Positions 49,249-58,834 are shown, numbered from the stretch's first letter. The stretch is 64,000 nucleotides of DNA from an uncultured Pseudomonadales bacterium (GCA_964650185.1 CAZYRN010000005.1:18640-82639); one strand, 5' to 3'. Notes: a model not told the origin generated them from the letters alone. Program-made: numbers and translations.

Positions 49249-49578
49249 ATGGGAAAAGTACAAGATCATAAACGAGCAGCTAAGGCCAAGCGCCAGGTCG
49301 ATCAAACCGAGACTCAGACAGTCAGTCCGGACCGAATTGAGATTGAAGGTGAGATTGAGCAGTGTTTGCCTAACACGATGTTTAAAGTGAGAGTCACCCA
49401 GGCTCCCATTGAAGCTTTGGTGGGCAAAGAGCTCTTGGGTACTTTGGCTGGCAAAATGAGGCTCTATCGAATTAGAGTTATGCCTGGTGATCAAATCAAA
49501 GGTTATGTCTCTAAATATGACCTCGGAAAATGTAAAATAACCTATAGAACAATCAAAACTACTTCGCAGTCAAATTAG
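49249..49578 (+). CDS. infA: Translation initiation factor IF-1 (N-terminal extension and internal insertion)
   Basis: LPNTMFKVRV...GKMR.YRIRV.PGD.I...YDL.K..I..R core pattern. Confidence 0.8.
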   Translation: MGKVQDHKRAAKAKRQVDQTETQTVSPDRIEIEGEIEQCLPNTMFKVRVTQAPIEALVGKELLGTLAGKMRLYRIRVMPGDQIKGYVSKYDLGKCKITYRTIKTTSQSN

Positions 49579-49640
49579 TACTTTTCTGATTTAGAAGTAT
49601 GAGGTATAGTTATGCCCTGTTTGAAGGACAAAAGGTAATT

Positions 49641-49757
49641 ATGAAAGTTAAATCATCTGTCAAAAAACGCTGTAAGGACTGCAAGATCGTCCGTCGTCAG
49701 GGTGTAGTGCGGGTGATTTGTAAAGTAAATCCTAGACACAAACAAAGACAAGGATAA
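49641..49757 (+). CDS. rpmJ: 50S ribosomal protein L36
   Basis: [38 protein letters not shown]. Below the 60-aa track cutoff; found by hand, coordinates +/-1. Confidence 0.8.
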   Translation: MKVKSSVKKRCKDCKIVRRQGVVRVICKVNPRHKQRQG

Positions 49758-49763
49758 ATATTT

Positions 49764-50135
49764 ATGCCACGTATTGCCGGTTTTGACATTCCAGATGAAA
49801 AAAAGATCTCTTATTCCTTAAGATACATTTATGGTGTTGGCCCGCAGCGAGCTGATGAAATTGTCAAATTAGCTCAAATTGATGCCGAAAAAAGAGCTAG
49901 AGACCTTTCTGGTGATGAGATTAATCGAATTGCTAAACAGCTGGAAAAATACACTATCGGCGGTAATTTGCGCCGAGTTGTTCGTGATAATATTGAGCGA
50001 TTAAAGAGAATTAGCTCCTATCGAGGCGGCCGACACCGTTTTAATCTGCCGACCAGAGGTCAGCGAACTAGAACTAATGCGCGAACTTTGCGCGGTAAGC
50101 GGAAGACAGTTGGCTCACAAGCCAAAGAGGCATAA
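49764..50135 (+). CDS. rpsM: 30S ribosomal protein S13
   Basis: MPRIAGFDIPDEKKI...SYRGGRHR. Confidence 0.9.
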   Translation: MPRIAGFDIPDEKKISYSLRYIYGVGPQRADEIVKLAQIDAEKRARDLSGDEINRIAKQLEKYTIGGNLRRVVRDNIERLKRISSYRGGRHRFNLPTRGQRTRTNARTLRGKRKTVGSQAKEA

Positions 50136-50162
50136 GCGTAATTGAAAGAAAATAATTAGACT

Positions 50163-50558
50163 ATGGCAAAACCAACTAAAAAAGCTCCCACCAAAAAGAT
50201 TTCCAAACAAGTTCCTGAGGGCAGAATGTATGTTACGGCGACTTTTAACAGCACTTTAGTCAGCATTACTGATAAAGAGGGCAATGTTTTGGCTTGGGCA
50301 TCAACTGGTGAGTCAGGTTTTTCTGGTTCTCGCAAGTCGACTCCTTATGCTGCTACCATTACCGTTGAGAATGCCATCAATAAAGCTAAGCAGTTTGGAA
50401 TGAGAGAGCTAGATCTTTACATCAAGGGCCCAGGTCCAGGCAGAGATGTGGCTTTAAGAGTAATTCGAGCCCAGCGGATCAAACTTGGCATGATCGCTGA
50501 TATGACACCCGTGCCTCACAATGGCACCAAATCAAGAAAACCGAAACATAATCGTTAA
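50163..50558 (+). CDS. rpsK: 30S ribosomal protein S11
   Basis: TATFNSTLVSITD..GNVLAWASTGESGFSGSRKSTPYAA. Confidence 0.9.
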   Translation: MAKPTKKAPTKKISKQVPEGRMYVTATFNSTLVSITDKEGNVLAWASTGESGFSGSRKSTPYAATITVENAINKAKQFGMRELDLYIKGPGPGRDVALRVIRAQRIKLGMIADMTPVPHNGTKSRKPKHNR

Positions 50559-50587
50559 TATTAATTGAAAAGATTTTAGAACAAACT

Positions 50588-51196
50588 ATGGCAAGATATA
50601 CCGGACCCAAAACTAAATTAGCTCGTAAAGTCTCAGAAGACTTGGGCTTAAAGACCAACTCGCTCAAGGTAGCACGCAGATTGATGGTCAGACCAGGTCA
50701 GCATGGTCATCGCGGCCGTCGTCGTTTATCTGACTACGGTACTCAGCTGCAGGAAAAGCAGAAGCTGAAGTATTTGTATGGGATTTTGGAGAAGAAATTA
50801 CAAAAACTTTATAGTGAAGCTAGCAAAAATCCAACCGCGACGGGCTCAGCTTTATTAAGTTTATTAGAGCGTAGACTGGATAATGTGGTTTATCGGTTAG
50901 CTTGGGCTCCCACTCGGGCTGCAGCTAGACAATTAGTTTCTCACTCTCATGTCCAAGTTAACGGTCGTAAGATGAACATTCCTTCTTATGAAGTTAAAGT
51001 CGGAGATGTGATCAGCATCCGTGATCGCTCCACCAAAATTCCTTATGTGAAGGAATTATTGGCTGAAGAGACTGGTTCCACGGTGGCTTGGCTAGATAAA
51101 AAAGGCCCCGCTGCTCAAGTGAGCCGGCTGCCAGTTAGAGAAGATATTAATGAAAGAATCGACGAGCAGCTCGTGGTTGAGTACTACAGTCGGTAA
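50588..51196 (+). CDS. rpsD: 30S ribosomal protein S4
   Basis: MARYTGPK..LARK... S4 domain. Confidence 0.9.
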   Translation: MARYTGPKTKLARKVSEDLGLKTNSLKVARRLMVRPGQHGHRGRRRLSDYGTQLQEKQKLKYLYGILEKKLQKLYSEASKNPTATGSALLSLLERRLDNVVYRLAWAPTRAAARQLVSHSHVQVNGRKMNIPSYEVKVGDVISIRDRSTKIPYVKELLAEETGSTVAWLDKKGPAAQVSRLPVREDINERIDEQLVVEYYSR

Positions 51197-51278
51197 AATT
51201 ATTTATTAGGAGTATTAAAAGTATTAACCAGGAAAACAGACTCCGCTCACGCGGGGGGTGAAACAAGGAGAAATAACA

Positions 51279-52226
51279 ATGCAAAACTTAACTGACTACC
51301 CAGTCATGAACCCAGTCTTTGAAGTGACTGAGACCAAAACTGAAGGTAACACTGCTACCATCGAGATCGAGCCGCTAGAACAAGGCTATGGTCATACCAT
51401 TGGTAACGCTTTAAGAAGAGTTTTACTGACCTCATTACCAGGTAGTGCCATCACTATGGTAAAAATTGATGGAGTTGATCATCAGTACACCACTTTAGAG
51501 GGTATGGCTGAAGATGTGGTGGAGCTGATCTTAAATTTAAAACAAGTCCGCGTCAAATCCAGCACCACAGAAGAGAAAGCGAAAATTTTCTTAGATGTGA
51601 CTGGTCCCGCTGAAGTAACTGCAGCCGATTTAGAGCCAGAGTCGGCTTTAGAAATTTCTAATCCAGAATTACATCTGGCCACTTTAGCTAAAGGTAAAAA
51701 ACTGAAATTAGAAGCCACAGTTGAGAATGGGATTGGCTATGATGTCGCTCAAGACAGAAAAGCTGAGTTAATTGGGGAAATTCCCGTTGATGCCTTATTC
51801 TCTCCAGTCATTAAGGTTTCTTATGATGTGGAACAGACTCGGGTTGGTCGTCGCACTGACTATGACAAAATTGTGATGGAGATTGAGACTGATGGTACCA
51901 TGAGTGCTTTAGAAGCAGTTGAACATGCTGCTCGCATTTTGCACCGTCAGTTCAAGCAAATCTTTGAGCCAGTCTTACCAGAGCCAGAAGATATTGGTCC
52001 TGATTTAACTCCAGAAGAAGCCGAAACTTTAAGATTAACCGTAGAAGAGTTGGAGCTGCCAACCAGAATTGCCAACGCTCTCCGCAAGGGTGGATTCAAG
52101 TCGGTGGGTGACTTAATCAGCACTCCCCGCGCCACTATTACCAAGGTCAAGAACTTGGGTGAGAAGAGTGTGGAAATAATTGAAGAAGCTCTGGAGAAGA
52201 AAGGCGTTAAGCTTTCTGAGGAGTAA
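51279..52226 (+). CDS. rpoA: DNA-directed RNA polymerase subunit alpha
   Basis: GYGHTIGNALRRVLLTSLPG... Start moved to the ATG preceded by aaggag (the track ORF starts at 51258). Confidence 0.9.
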   Translation: MQNLTDYPVMNPVFEVTETKTEGNTATIEIEPLEQGYGHTIGNALRRVLLTSLPGSAITMVKIDGVDHQYTTLEGMAEDVVELILNLKQVRVKSSTTEEKAKIFLDVTGPAEVTAADLEPESALEISNPELHLATLAKGKKLKLEATVENGIGYDVAQDRKAELIGEIPVDALFSPVIKVSYDVEQTRVGRRTDYDKIVMEIETDGTMSALEAVEHAARILHRQFKQIFEPVLPEPEDIGPDLTPEEAETLRLTVEELELPTRIANALRKGGFKSVGDLISTPRATITKVKNLGEKSVEIIEEALEKKGVKLSEE

Positions 52227-52231
52227 TTGAT

Positions 52232-52792
52232 ATGAGACATCGCGTTAACAAAACTATCTTTAGCCGTGATACCAATCATCGTAAAGCCATGATTAGAAAT
52301 GGTGTACGTAATTTGGTAGAACATGGTGAGATTCAGACTACTAAAACTAAGGCAAAAGAGTTTCAGCGTTGGGCAGACAAGCTAATTAATACTGCTCAAG
52401 AAGGCAGTTTGGCAGCCCGTCGTCAGCTGCACTCTTTTTTTGGTAAGCGGGATGTGGTGAACACTTTAGTTGACAAAATTGCCCCAGCCTACCCTGCGCG
52501 TAAATCAGGTTTTACCAGAATTACCTATGTGGGTCGTCGTCGAGGTGATAATACGGAATTGGTTAAGCTGGAGTTAATTAACAAACCAGCAGAGCTAGGC
52601 AGTTTAGCTAAACCAGCCAGCGCTGAAAAAGCAGCGCCTGCTAAAAAAGCTGCTACTGCCAAAGTTGAGGCCAAGGTTAAGCCAGCCGCCAAAAGCAAAA
52701 CAGCTGCCAAAAGCAAAGCCGCTGCCAAGGCCAAGCCAGCCGCCAAAAGTAAGGCCAAAGGCAAAACAGCTAGTAAATCGAAAGCAAAGTAA
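52232..52792 (+). CDS. rplQ: 50S ribosomal protein L17 (with long K/A-rich C-terminal tail)
   Basis: MRHRVNKTIFSRDTNHRKAM... core, then AAKSKAAAKAKPAAKSK repeats. Confidence 0.85.
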   Translation: MRHRVNKTIFSRDTNHRKAMIRNGVRNLVEHGEIQTTKTKAKEFQRWADKLINTAQEGSLAARRQLHSFFGKRDVVNTLVDKIAPAYPARKSGFTRITYVGRRRGDNTELVKLELINKPAELGSLAKPASAEKAAPAKKAATAKVEAKVKPAAKSKTAAKSKAAAKAKPAAKSKAKGKTASKSKAK

Positions 52793-52798
52793 AGTTTT

Positions 52799-53239
52799 AT
52801 GAAAAAGATGAACACCTTCATGCAGAAATCAGCCGATATTGAGCGCCAGTGGCACTTGATTGATGTTGATAATAAAATCTTAGGCCGTACTGCGACTGAG
52901 ATTGCTCAGCTGCTCATGGGCAAACACAAGCCAACTTTTACTCCTCATATTGATGGCGGAGATTTCGTGGTGGTGATAAATGCCAAAAAAGTCGCCCTGA
53001 CTAGAAATAAACCCCAACAGAAAGTTTATCGGCGAGTTTCCCAGCGGCCCGGTGGTTTGACTGAAGTGCCGTTTGCTGTAATGATCGAGAAACATCCCGA
53101 AAAAGTAATTGAAAGAGCAGTTTACAATATGCTGCCTGATAACAGACTGCGTGATCCTCGGATGGCTAGACTTAAAGTCTACCCCGGCAGTGAACACCCT
53201 CATCAGTCTCAATTAGGCATTAATGTAGAGGATAAATAA
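52799..53239 (+). CDS. rplM: 50S ribosomal protein L13
   Basis: WHLIDVDNKILGRTATEIAQLLMGKHKPTFTPH. Confidence 0.9.
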   Translation: MKKMNTFMQKSADIERQWHLIDVDNKILGRTATEIAQLLMGKHKPTFTPHIDGGDFVVVINAKKVALTRNKPQQKVYRRVSQRPGGLTEVPFAVMIEKHPEKVIERAVYNMLPDNRLRDPRMARLKVYPGSEHPHQSQLGINVEDK

Positions 53240-53242
53240 GCT

Positions 53243-53755
53243 ATGGCAAAAAAAATTACCAAAAAAGTTAAACCACAAAAAATCATTAAACGAGCTCAGC
53301 GCCAGCAGCATCAGCTGCAGACACAGCAGACTGAGCAGAAGAAGTATGAAACTCCTAAAGGTACATATGTGGAGGCTGTCGGCCGGCGCAAAGTGGCCTC
53401 GGCTCGAGTGCGGATTTATGAAACTAAAGATGCTCAATATATCGTTAATGATCAGTTAGCTACAGATTACTTTAAAGGTATTCCTTTAGCCGTTAAAATC
53501 TTTCAAAAGCCTTTTGAATTAACTGGTACGAAAGACAAATTTTCAGTCACTGCCATGGTTGATGGATCTGGTATTAAAGCTCAATTAGACGCAGTAGTGC
53601 ATGGTATCTCCAGAGCATTAGTCGAGTTTGATCCTTCTTTTAAGCCATTTTTGAAGGCAGAAGGCATGCTTACTAGAGATGACAGACTGAAAGAAACTCG
53701 AAAGCCAGGCCGCGGTGGTCGAGCTCGAGCCAAACGGCAGTCTCCAAAACGGTAA
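53243..53755 (+). CDS. rpsI: 30S ribosomal protein S9 (N-terminal basic/Q-rich extension)
   Basis: GRRKVASARVRI...ending KRQSPKR. Confidence 0.85.
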   Translation: MAKKITKKVKPQKIIKRAQRQQHQLQTQQTEQKKYETPKGTYVEAVGRRKVASARVRIYETKDAQYIVNDQLATDYFKGIPLAVKIFQKPFELTGTKDKFSVTAMVDGSGIKAQLDAVVHGISRALVEFDPSFKPFLKAEGMLTRDDRLKETRKPGRGGRARAKRQSPKR

Positions 53756-53796
53756 ACTTCTCTAACTTTGGTTTTTTGATTCAGACAGCAGTGAAA

Positions 53797-54591
53797 TTAA
53801 CTGCTGGCGCTAGAGTAATGTTTAAGACTCCATCGCCACAGCCATAGGCTGGCCGTTAATATGCCTACACCGATAACCATGGCTAAGCCAGCGCTATAGG
53901 TTGGTTCTAGATTAAGTAAAACCTCAGCCGGGATGGTGATCATCATGCCCACTGGGATGATAAAAAACAAAGCTAATCTCATCGGTTCTAAATAAATTGA
54001 GACGGGAAATCTGCCTAATCTCATTAAATCTCGATACATCCAAATCACACCTTCTACCTCAGTTGTCAGCACTCCCACTACTAAAACTATAATATGAAGA
54101 GCAGTGGCAATTAAAAACGCATTTGCCAGTAAGACCAAATACCACAACACAGATGACAAAGACACCGAAATCTGCAGCGTAGTGGCGATGTAGATACTAA
54201 CTAAAGTCGTTGGAATGAAGAAAAAAGCATCATTGATGTCTGGTTGGCCGGTTAAGGCCCGAAAAAGCGGACTGATCGGCTTAGCTAAGTCAAAATCAAA
54301 CGTGCCAGTCCTGATTTTTTCCCTAAACTCATAAACACCGCGGTAAAAAATTTGAGAAAAAGTATCAATAAATTGATAGGTTAGATAAAAAATTAGCACC
54401 TGATCGGTGGTGTACTGGTTAAAATGTGCAATTTGATCTCTAATTAAAAAGAGAAATAATAGTGACATTGAAACACGGATGGTTTTGCCAATAAAAAAGA
54501 GAACATTACTGGCTCGATTTACAAAAGCCACCTGCAGGGCGTTTAAGGCAGTGATGGTCCAGATGGTCCAATATCTTTTAAATAGTTTCAT
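53797..54591 (-). CDS. ABC-2 type transporter permease (COG3694/COG4587-like)
   Basis: 6-TM permease ORF in an operon with an ABC ATPase. Confidence 0.5.
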   Translation of the reverse strand: MKLFKRYWTIWTITALNALQVAFVNRASNVLFFIGKTIRVSMSLLFLFLIRDQIAHFNQYTTDQVLIFYLTYQFIDTFSQIFYRGVYEFREKIRTGTFDFDLAKPISPLFRALTGQPDINDAFFFIPTTLVSIYIATTLQISVSLSSVLWYLVLLANAFLIATALHIIVLVVGVLTTEVEGVIWMYRDLMRLGRFPVSIYLEPMRLALFFIIPVGMMITIPAEVLLNLEPTYSAGLAMVIGVGILTASLWLWRWSLKHYSSASS

Positions 54592-54610
54592 TTTGTATCA
54601 ATAGGCCAAT

Positions 54611-55402
54611 TTATTGACCAGCAGCAGTGTAGTCGCGCATTCCCTTTCTCCAGATAATGATAGTCATAGTTCCTAAGATGATCAGCCAGCCAATTAAAGC
54701 CAAGCTATTTAAAATTATTTGTTGAGGACTGAGTCTTTCTAAAAAGATCTGAACCTGAGCATAAGACAGATAGGGGAAGGGAGTTAAATAAACCGCTTTT
54801 TGAATAAATTCCGGCAGGATATCCAATGGGTACAGCTTCCCGGCAGTAAGATCAACTAACATAAAAAACAGAAACTTTGGTCCCCAAGCATCTGGGCTCC
54901 AAAAACCTATGGCGCCAAAGAGTAATGAGATGAAAAAGTTGAGCAAGATGCCGAGACCGATCCACACCACGAAAATGAGTGAGTTAACTAGACTAGGCAG
55001 CTGTAAAACTGGTTGAAAAATAAGATAAAGCAGGAAACTCTCTCCCAAGACAAAGACAATATTCGTAATTTTATCAGCGACGTCTTGAATGCCTAAGTAG
55101 GCAAATAAATTGACCGGTTTAAGCAGTTCAAAACTAATGTTACCTGAGTAGATGTTGCCAGCCAGACCATTGAGTGACGTTGCTAAGATGAAACTTTGCA
55201 AAATTGAGATGAGGAAGATGTAGGTAATCATCTCGGAGCGCTGGTAATTAAAGACAGTCCCTTGCTGTTCAAAGATGACAAACCAGACAGTCAGCGACAT
55301 GATTGAGCTGAGAAAGTTTCTTAACCGCCACATGATGACACTGGTACGGTAAGTTAAGAATGTGCCCCAGGTGAGTTTGAGTGTGAGCAGATATTTGTTC
55401 AT
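54611..55402 (-). CDS. ABC-2 type transporter permease (COG3694/COG4587-like)
   Basis: 6-TM permease, same family pattern as 57661-58458. Confidence 0.5.
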   Translation of the reverse strand: MNKYLLTLKLTWGTFLTYRTSVIMWRLRNFLSSIMSLTVWFVIFEQQGTVFNYQRSEMITYIFLISILQSFILATSLNGLAGNIYSGNISFELLKPVNLFAYLGIQDVADKITNIVFVLGESFLLYLIFQPVLQLPSLVNSLIFVVWIGLGILLNFFISLLFGAIGFWSPDAWGPKFLFFMLVDLTAGKLYPLDILPEFIQKAVYLTPFPYLSYAQVQIFLERLSPQQIILNSLALIGWLIILGTMTIIIWRKGMRDYTAAGQ

Positions 55403-55791
55403 TGGCCTTCAAGAGAGTAAAAATGACAATCTTCAGCCATGGCTGATAGCACCTGGAGTGTTTTTTGTCTCGACTGATCCATTCTATCAGGAGTCCAATT
55501 TGTTGATTGCACTCCCCAAAGCTTAATTAAGTTTGAGTCTTTAGGTTTCATAATAAATCCATAGTCTTCATCTGTTCTTTCCCATGTTTGCCCAGTTGCT
55601 AATAATTCTCTTGATAGCTGATGAACTATTTGCGAGTGAATAAAATCATATGAGTTGAAAATTGCCAAGTGATTCCCCAACCGAACGAAACGCCACACCA
55701 GATCTGGATTTAATAAAATTTCATTAAGACTTTGCTCATTTAAGATAATAAACGATTTAGCAGATTTAATCTCAGGAGCAATTTTTTCCAT
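55399..55791 (-). CDS. Hypothetical cytoplasmic protein embedded in the ABC cluster
   Basis: 130-aa ORF, 4-nt overlap with the downstream permease. No motifs. Confidence 0.3.
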   Translation of the reverse strand: MEKIAPEIKSAKSFIILNEQSLNEILLNPDLVWRFVRLGNHLAIFNSYDFIHSQIVHQLSRELLATGQTWERTDEDYGFIMKPKDSNLIKLWGVQSTNWTPDRMDQSRQKTLQVLSAMAEDCHFYSLEGQ

Positions 55792-55808
55792 GACCAGCCT
55801 TATATATT

Positions 55809-56807
55809 TTAATTCTTATGCTCAAAAACTTCCCGAATAATTGCTTCAATGGGCGGTTCTTCAATGTTTAAGTCTTCAACTGGCAGCTGCTTTAAGATCT
55901 GACTGGCAACATCCGCGGCTTTTTTTCTAGGCACTAAAATTGTCGCTGTTGCGGCAGACCCATGTTGAGCGTAGTCTTTGACTTGACCAAACTTATTCAG
56001 CTTCTCTATATCGATAGCTTCAGCAAAGACAAGAGATAAAATTTTATTTCGGGCAAATTTATCAATAATATTTTGCAGTTTGCCATCAAAAATTAGCTGA
56101 CCAGCCTCAATAATAATCGCCCGATCACACAATTCTTTGACATCATCCATGTAGTGGCTTGTCAAAATAATAGTGGCATCAAATTCTTCATTGTAAGCTT
56201 TGATAAAGTCACGGAGCGCTTTCTGCATAACTACGTCTAAACCGATAGTTGGCTCATCTAAAAACAACACTTTCGGATTGTGAAGTAAGGCTGCGATCAA
56301 CTCGCACTTCATTCTTTGACCCAATGAAAGTTTACGTACTTGGACGTGTAGGATATTTTGCACCTGCAGCAGCTCGACTAGCTTGTTCAATGTTTGCTGA
56401 AACTGCTCTTCAGGAATTTCATAGATGGCTTGATTTAGTAAAAAAGTCTCCATTGGCGGCAGATCCCACCATAACTGATTCTTTTGTCCCATAACCAAAG
56501 AAAACTGCTTTTGGAACTCTGGCTGCCGGTGCCAGGGGTTGTATCCCAGCACACTGACCTCACCGCCAGTTGGATAAAGCAGTCCGGAAAGGACTTTCAA
56601 AGTGGTTGTTTTGCCCGCCCCATTTTGACCAATAAAACCGACCATCTCGCCCTGTTTTATCTCAAAGGAGATGTTATCGACAGCCTTAACAGTTTCATAC
56701 TCGCGTTTAAAAAGAGATTTAACAGAACCCATTAATCCGGGCTGCTTTTTATAAACCTTAAAATAGCGCTCGAGCTGGTCAACTTTAATTGCAACTTGAT
56801 TTGACAT
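55809..56807 (-). CDS. ABC transporter ATP-binding protein with ~100-aa C-terminal extension (COG4586-like)
   Basis: Walker A GQNGAGKTT, signature LSLGQRMK, Walker B LFLDEPTIGLD. Confidence 0.8.
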   Translation of the reverse strand: MSNQVAIKVDQLERYFKVYKKQPGLMGSVKSLFKREYETVKAVDNISFEIKQGEMVGFIGQNGAGKTTTLKVLSGLLYPTGGEVSVLGYNPWHRQPEFQKQFSLVMGQKNQLWWDLPPMETFLLNQAIYEIPEEQFQQTLNKLVELLQVQNILHVQVRKLSLGQRMKCELIAALLHNPKVLFLDEPTIGLDVVMQKALRDFIKAYNEEFDATIILTSHYMDDVKELCDRAIIIEAGQLIFDGKLQNIIDKFARNKILSLVFAEAIDIEKLNKFGQVKDYAQHGSAATATILVPRKKAADVASQILKQLPVEDLNIEEPPIEAIIREVFEHKN

Positions 56808-56846
56808 AACCTGTCTATTGTAACTGATTTCAGCCTTATTTCTGAA

Positions 56847-57671
56847 CTAGTTAGCAACTCCTGTGTAATTTTTAATTGATAATTTGAAAAATATTCTGGA
56901 AATAATGAGCATGACAAGCGTGATGACTAAAAAGTACAGCACCCACCAGTAACTTGTTTTACCTAGCAATACCTCGCTGGGGATGGAAGTAATGATACCA
57001 ATGGGCAAAACAAACGTAAATAAAGTGGAAATCAAGCCGGTATAAACGGAACGCGGCACCTGCCAAGCTCGGCGCAAAGAAGGCAACACTTCATTAATAT
57101 TTTCCAGCTTTTCTACATAGAATGAAAAAGTGGTAATGATAAACCACAGGGCATAGACAAAGAAAAAAGCCAGCAGCATCACCAGAATAAACATGATTGT
57201 TTGTATCAAGGTTGGCTGATAGTTAAGCAGACTTAGTCCCCAGAGCAGCATGCCAAAACCAATGAAAAAGCGGAAGATGTTGTTGTAACTATTATTTTGC
57301 GTCATGAGCATAAACTGAGCATCAATCGGTTTTAAGAGCAGTTGGTTAAACTCACCATTGAAGACGGTTCGGCTGTAATTGCGCATATTGCTGGCAAAAA
57401 ATGACCAAGTAAAGGCATCTAAAATGGTAAAAACCGCTAAGATGATATACATTTCATATTTGGTCCAGCCACCGATATTGCCGCTGACACTGACTAAAAT
57501 ATCAAAGAAGAAAAAATTAAAGCCTGTCCAGAGAGCAGAGACAAAACCCCAAAAGAAAAAGTCAGCTCGGTATTCAAATGTTCTCATCAGGTGAATGAGT
57601 CTAAATCTCCAAAAAATGCGCCAGTATCTTTTAATAGTTGTCATTAACATAGTTTTAACATTAACCTCCAT
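56847..57671 (-). CDS. ABC-2 type transporter permease
   Basis: 6-TM ORF overlapping the upstream permease by 11 nt. Confidence 0.5.
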   Translation of the reverse strand: MEVNVKTMLMTTIKRYWRIFWRFRLIHLMRTFEYRADFFFWGFVSALWTGFNFFFFDILVSVSGNIGGWTKYEMYIILAVFTILDAFTWSFFASNMRNYSRTVFNGEFNQLLLKPIDAQFMLMTQNNSYNNIFRFFIGFGMLLWGLSLLNYQPTLIQTIMFILVMLLAFFFVYALWFIITTFSFYVEKLENINEVLPSLRRAWQVPRSVYTGLISTLFTFVLPIGIITSIPSEVLLGKTSYWWVLYFLVITLVMLIISRIFFKLSIKNYTGVAN

Positions 57672-58458
57672 GTGAGGAGTAAGCTAGCTTAGCTTTATTC
57701 CAGACTAAATGAGTGGCGAGAGCCAGACCTAGACCAAATAAGCCTAAGTACAGCCAATCTCCTCCTGTTAACCAGTAATTTTCCTGAATCACCGCCACAG
57801 GCACGGCAAATAAGTATTTGAAGGGCAAAGCATTCACTACGGTCTGCAGCCAACTTGGCATCATCACCACTGGAATCATCCAGCCGCTGAGCAGAGTGAC
57901 CAACAGCCATTTAAAATGCTCCAAACCTTCCGCGTACTCAAACCAAAATCCCACCATCACAATCATACTGGCAATAAAAAATTGAATCAGATAGTTGATG
58001 ATGATTAACAAGACAAAAATGACTAACTGTAGCCAAGTAATCTGGGAAAAAGTCAAATGTGCCAACTGACTGATCAGCAAAAAGACAAGGCCAAAAAATG
58101 GTAAGGAGAAAGATATGTAAAATAACTTACCACCTAGGTCACGTAGGAGGAGTTCTTTTAAGTAACTCAGCGGCCTAATCAGATAAAAATCAATCTTACC
58201 GGCTCTAATCTCTTCCACGCGCCAGTTTTCAAAATGAGTGCTGGAGAGAGCATCAATCAGAGTCACCAAGAGATAATATTCAGTAATGGTGCCTAAGCTG
58301 AAGTTGGCCACTTCAGTTTGAGACTGAAAAATACTCAGCCAAATGAAAAATAAGATGAAAAGCGGAAATGTATCCAGCAACAGCCATAACATCACTTCGG
58401 CTCGATATGCTACTGAGGCCATAAAGGAACGCTGGATGAGTTGCCAGTATTTATTCAT
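57661..58458 (-). CDS. ABC-2 type transporter permease
   Basis: 6-TM ORF, first gene of the cluster. Confidence 0.5.
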   Translation of the reverse strand: MNKYWQLIQRSFMASVAYRAEVMLWLLLDTFPLFILFFIWLSIFQSQTEVANFSLGTITEYYLLVTLIDALSSTHFENWRVEEIRAGKIDFYLIRPLSYLKELLLRDLGGKLFYISFSLPFFGLVFLLISQLAHLTFSQITWLQLVIFVLLIIINYLIQFFIASMIVMVGFWFEYAEGLEHFKWLLVTLLSGWMIPVVMMPSWLQTVVNALPFKYLFAVPVAVIQENYWLTGGDWLYLGLFGLGLALATHLVWNKAKLAYSSHGG

Positions 58459-58504
58459 GCTTAATTATATTTAATTGCTAATACCCTAATTGCCTTATTG
58501 TACG

Positions 58505-58535
58505 AAAAAAGGCGACTGTTGTGGCCGCCTTTTTA
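58505..58535 (-). terminator. Terminator-like hairpin downstream of the HU gene (A-run/GC stem/T-run; could act in both directions)
   Basis: aaaaaaggcg-actgttgtggc-cgccttttt. Confidence 0.5.
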
Positions 58536-58558
58536 GTTTTAAACTATTTCAGTGAGGT

Positions 58559-58834
58559 TTACCACACAGCTTTTTTGAGCGGTTTACCAACACGGAAGTT
58601 GACCACATTGTGAGCCTTAATGGTCTGGCGATTGTCCTCTTCACCAAAAGGCACCACTTCTTTATCGGATACGTGGCTAACATAAAATGTGCCAAAGCCG
58701 GAAATTACGACTTTTTCACCTTTTTGTAGAGAGCGAGTCATCTCCTCAAACATAGCTTCAACAGCATCCTTAGCTGCTTTTTTGGTGAGATGGGCTTTTT
58801 TCGCCACAATATCTATTAATTGAGACTTGGTCAT
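58559..58834 (-). CDS. hup: HU/IHF-family nucleoid-associated DNA-binding protein
   Basis: 91 aa. ISGFGTF arm motif and overall HU pattern. Confidence 0.75.
   Translation of the reverse strand: MTKSQLIDIVAKKAHLTKKAAKDAVEAMFEEMTRSLQKGEKVVISGFGTFYVSHVSDKEVVPFGEEDNRQTIKAHNVVNFRVGKPLKKAVW

Noticed and set aside
49143-49249. Missing map between adk and infA as evidence of rearrangement or misassembly
   Set aside because: map is present elsewhere in the window (13798-14574, minus strand). Relocation of map out of the spc operon is common.
52600-52800. Periodic gct-aag/gcc-aaa nucleotide repeats suggestive of a repeat array
   Set aside because: They encode the K/A-rich C-terminal tail of L17 (similarly in L22 and S5). 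They are coding low-complexity sequence, not CRISPR or other non-coding repeats.
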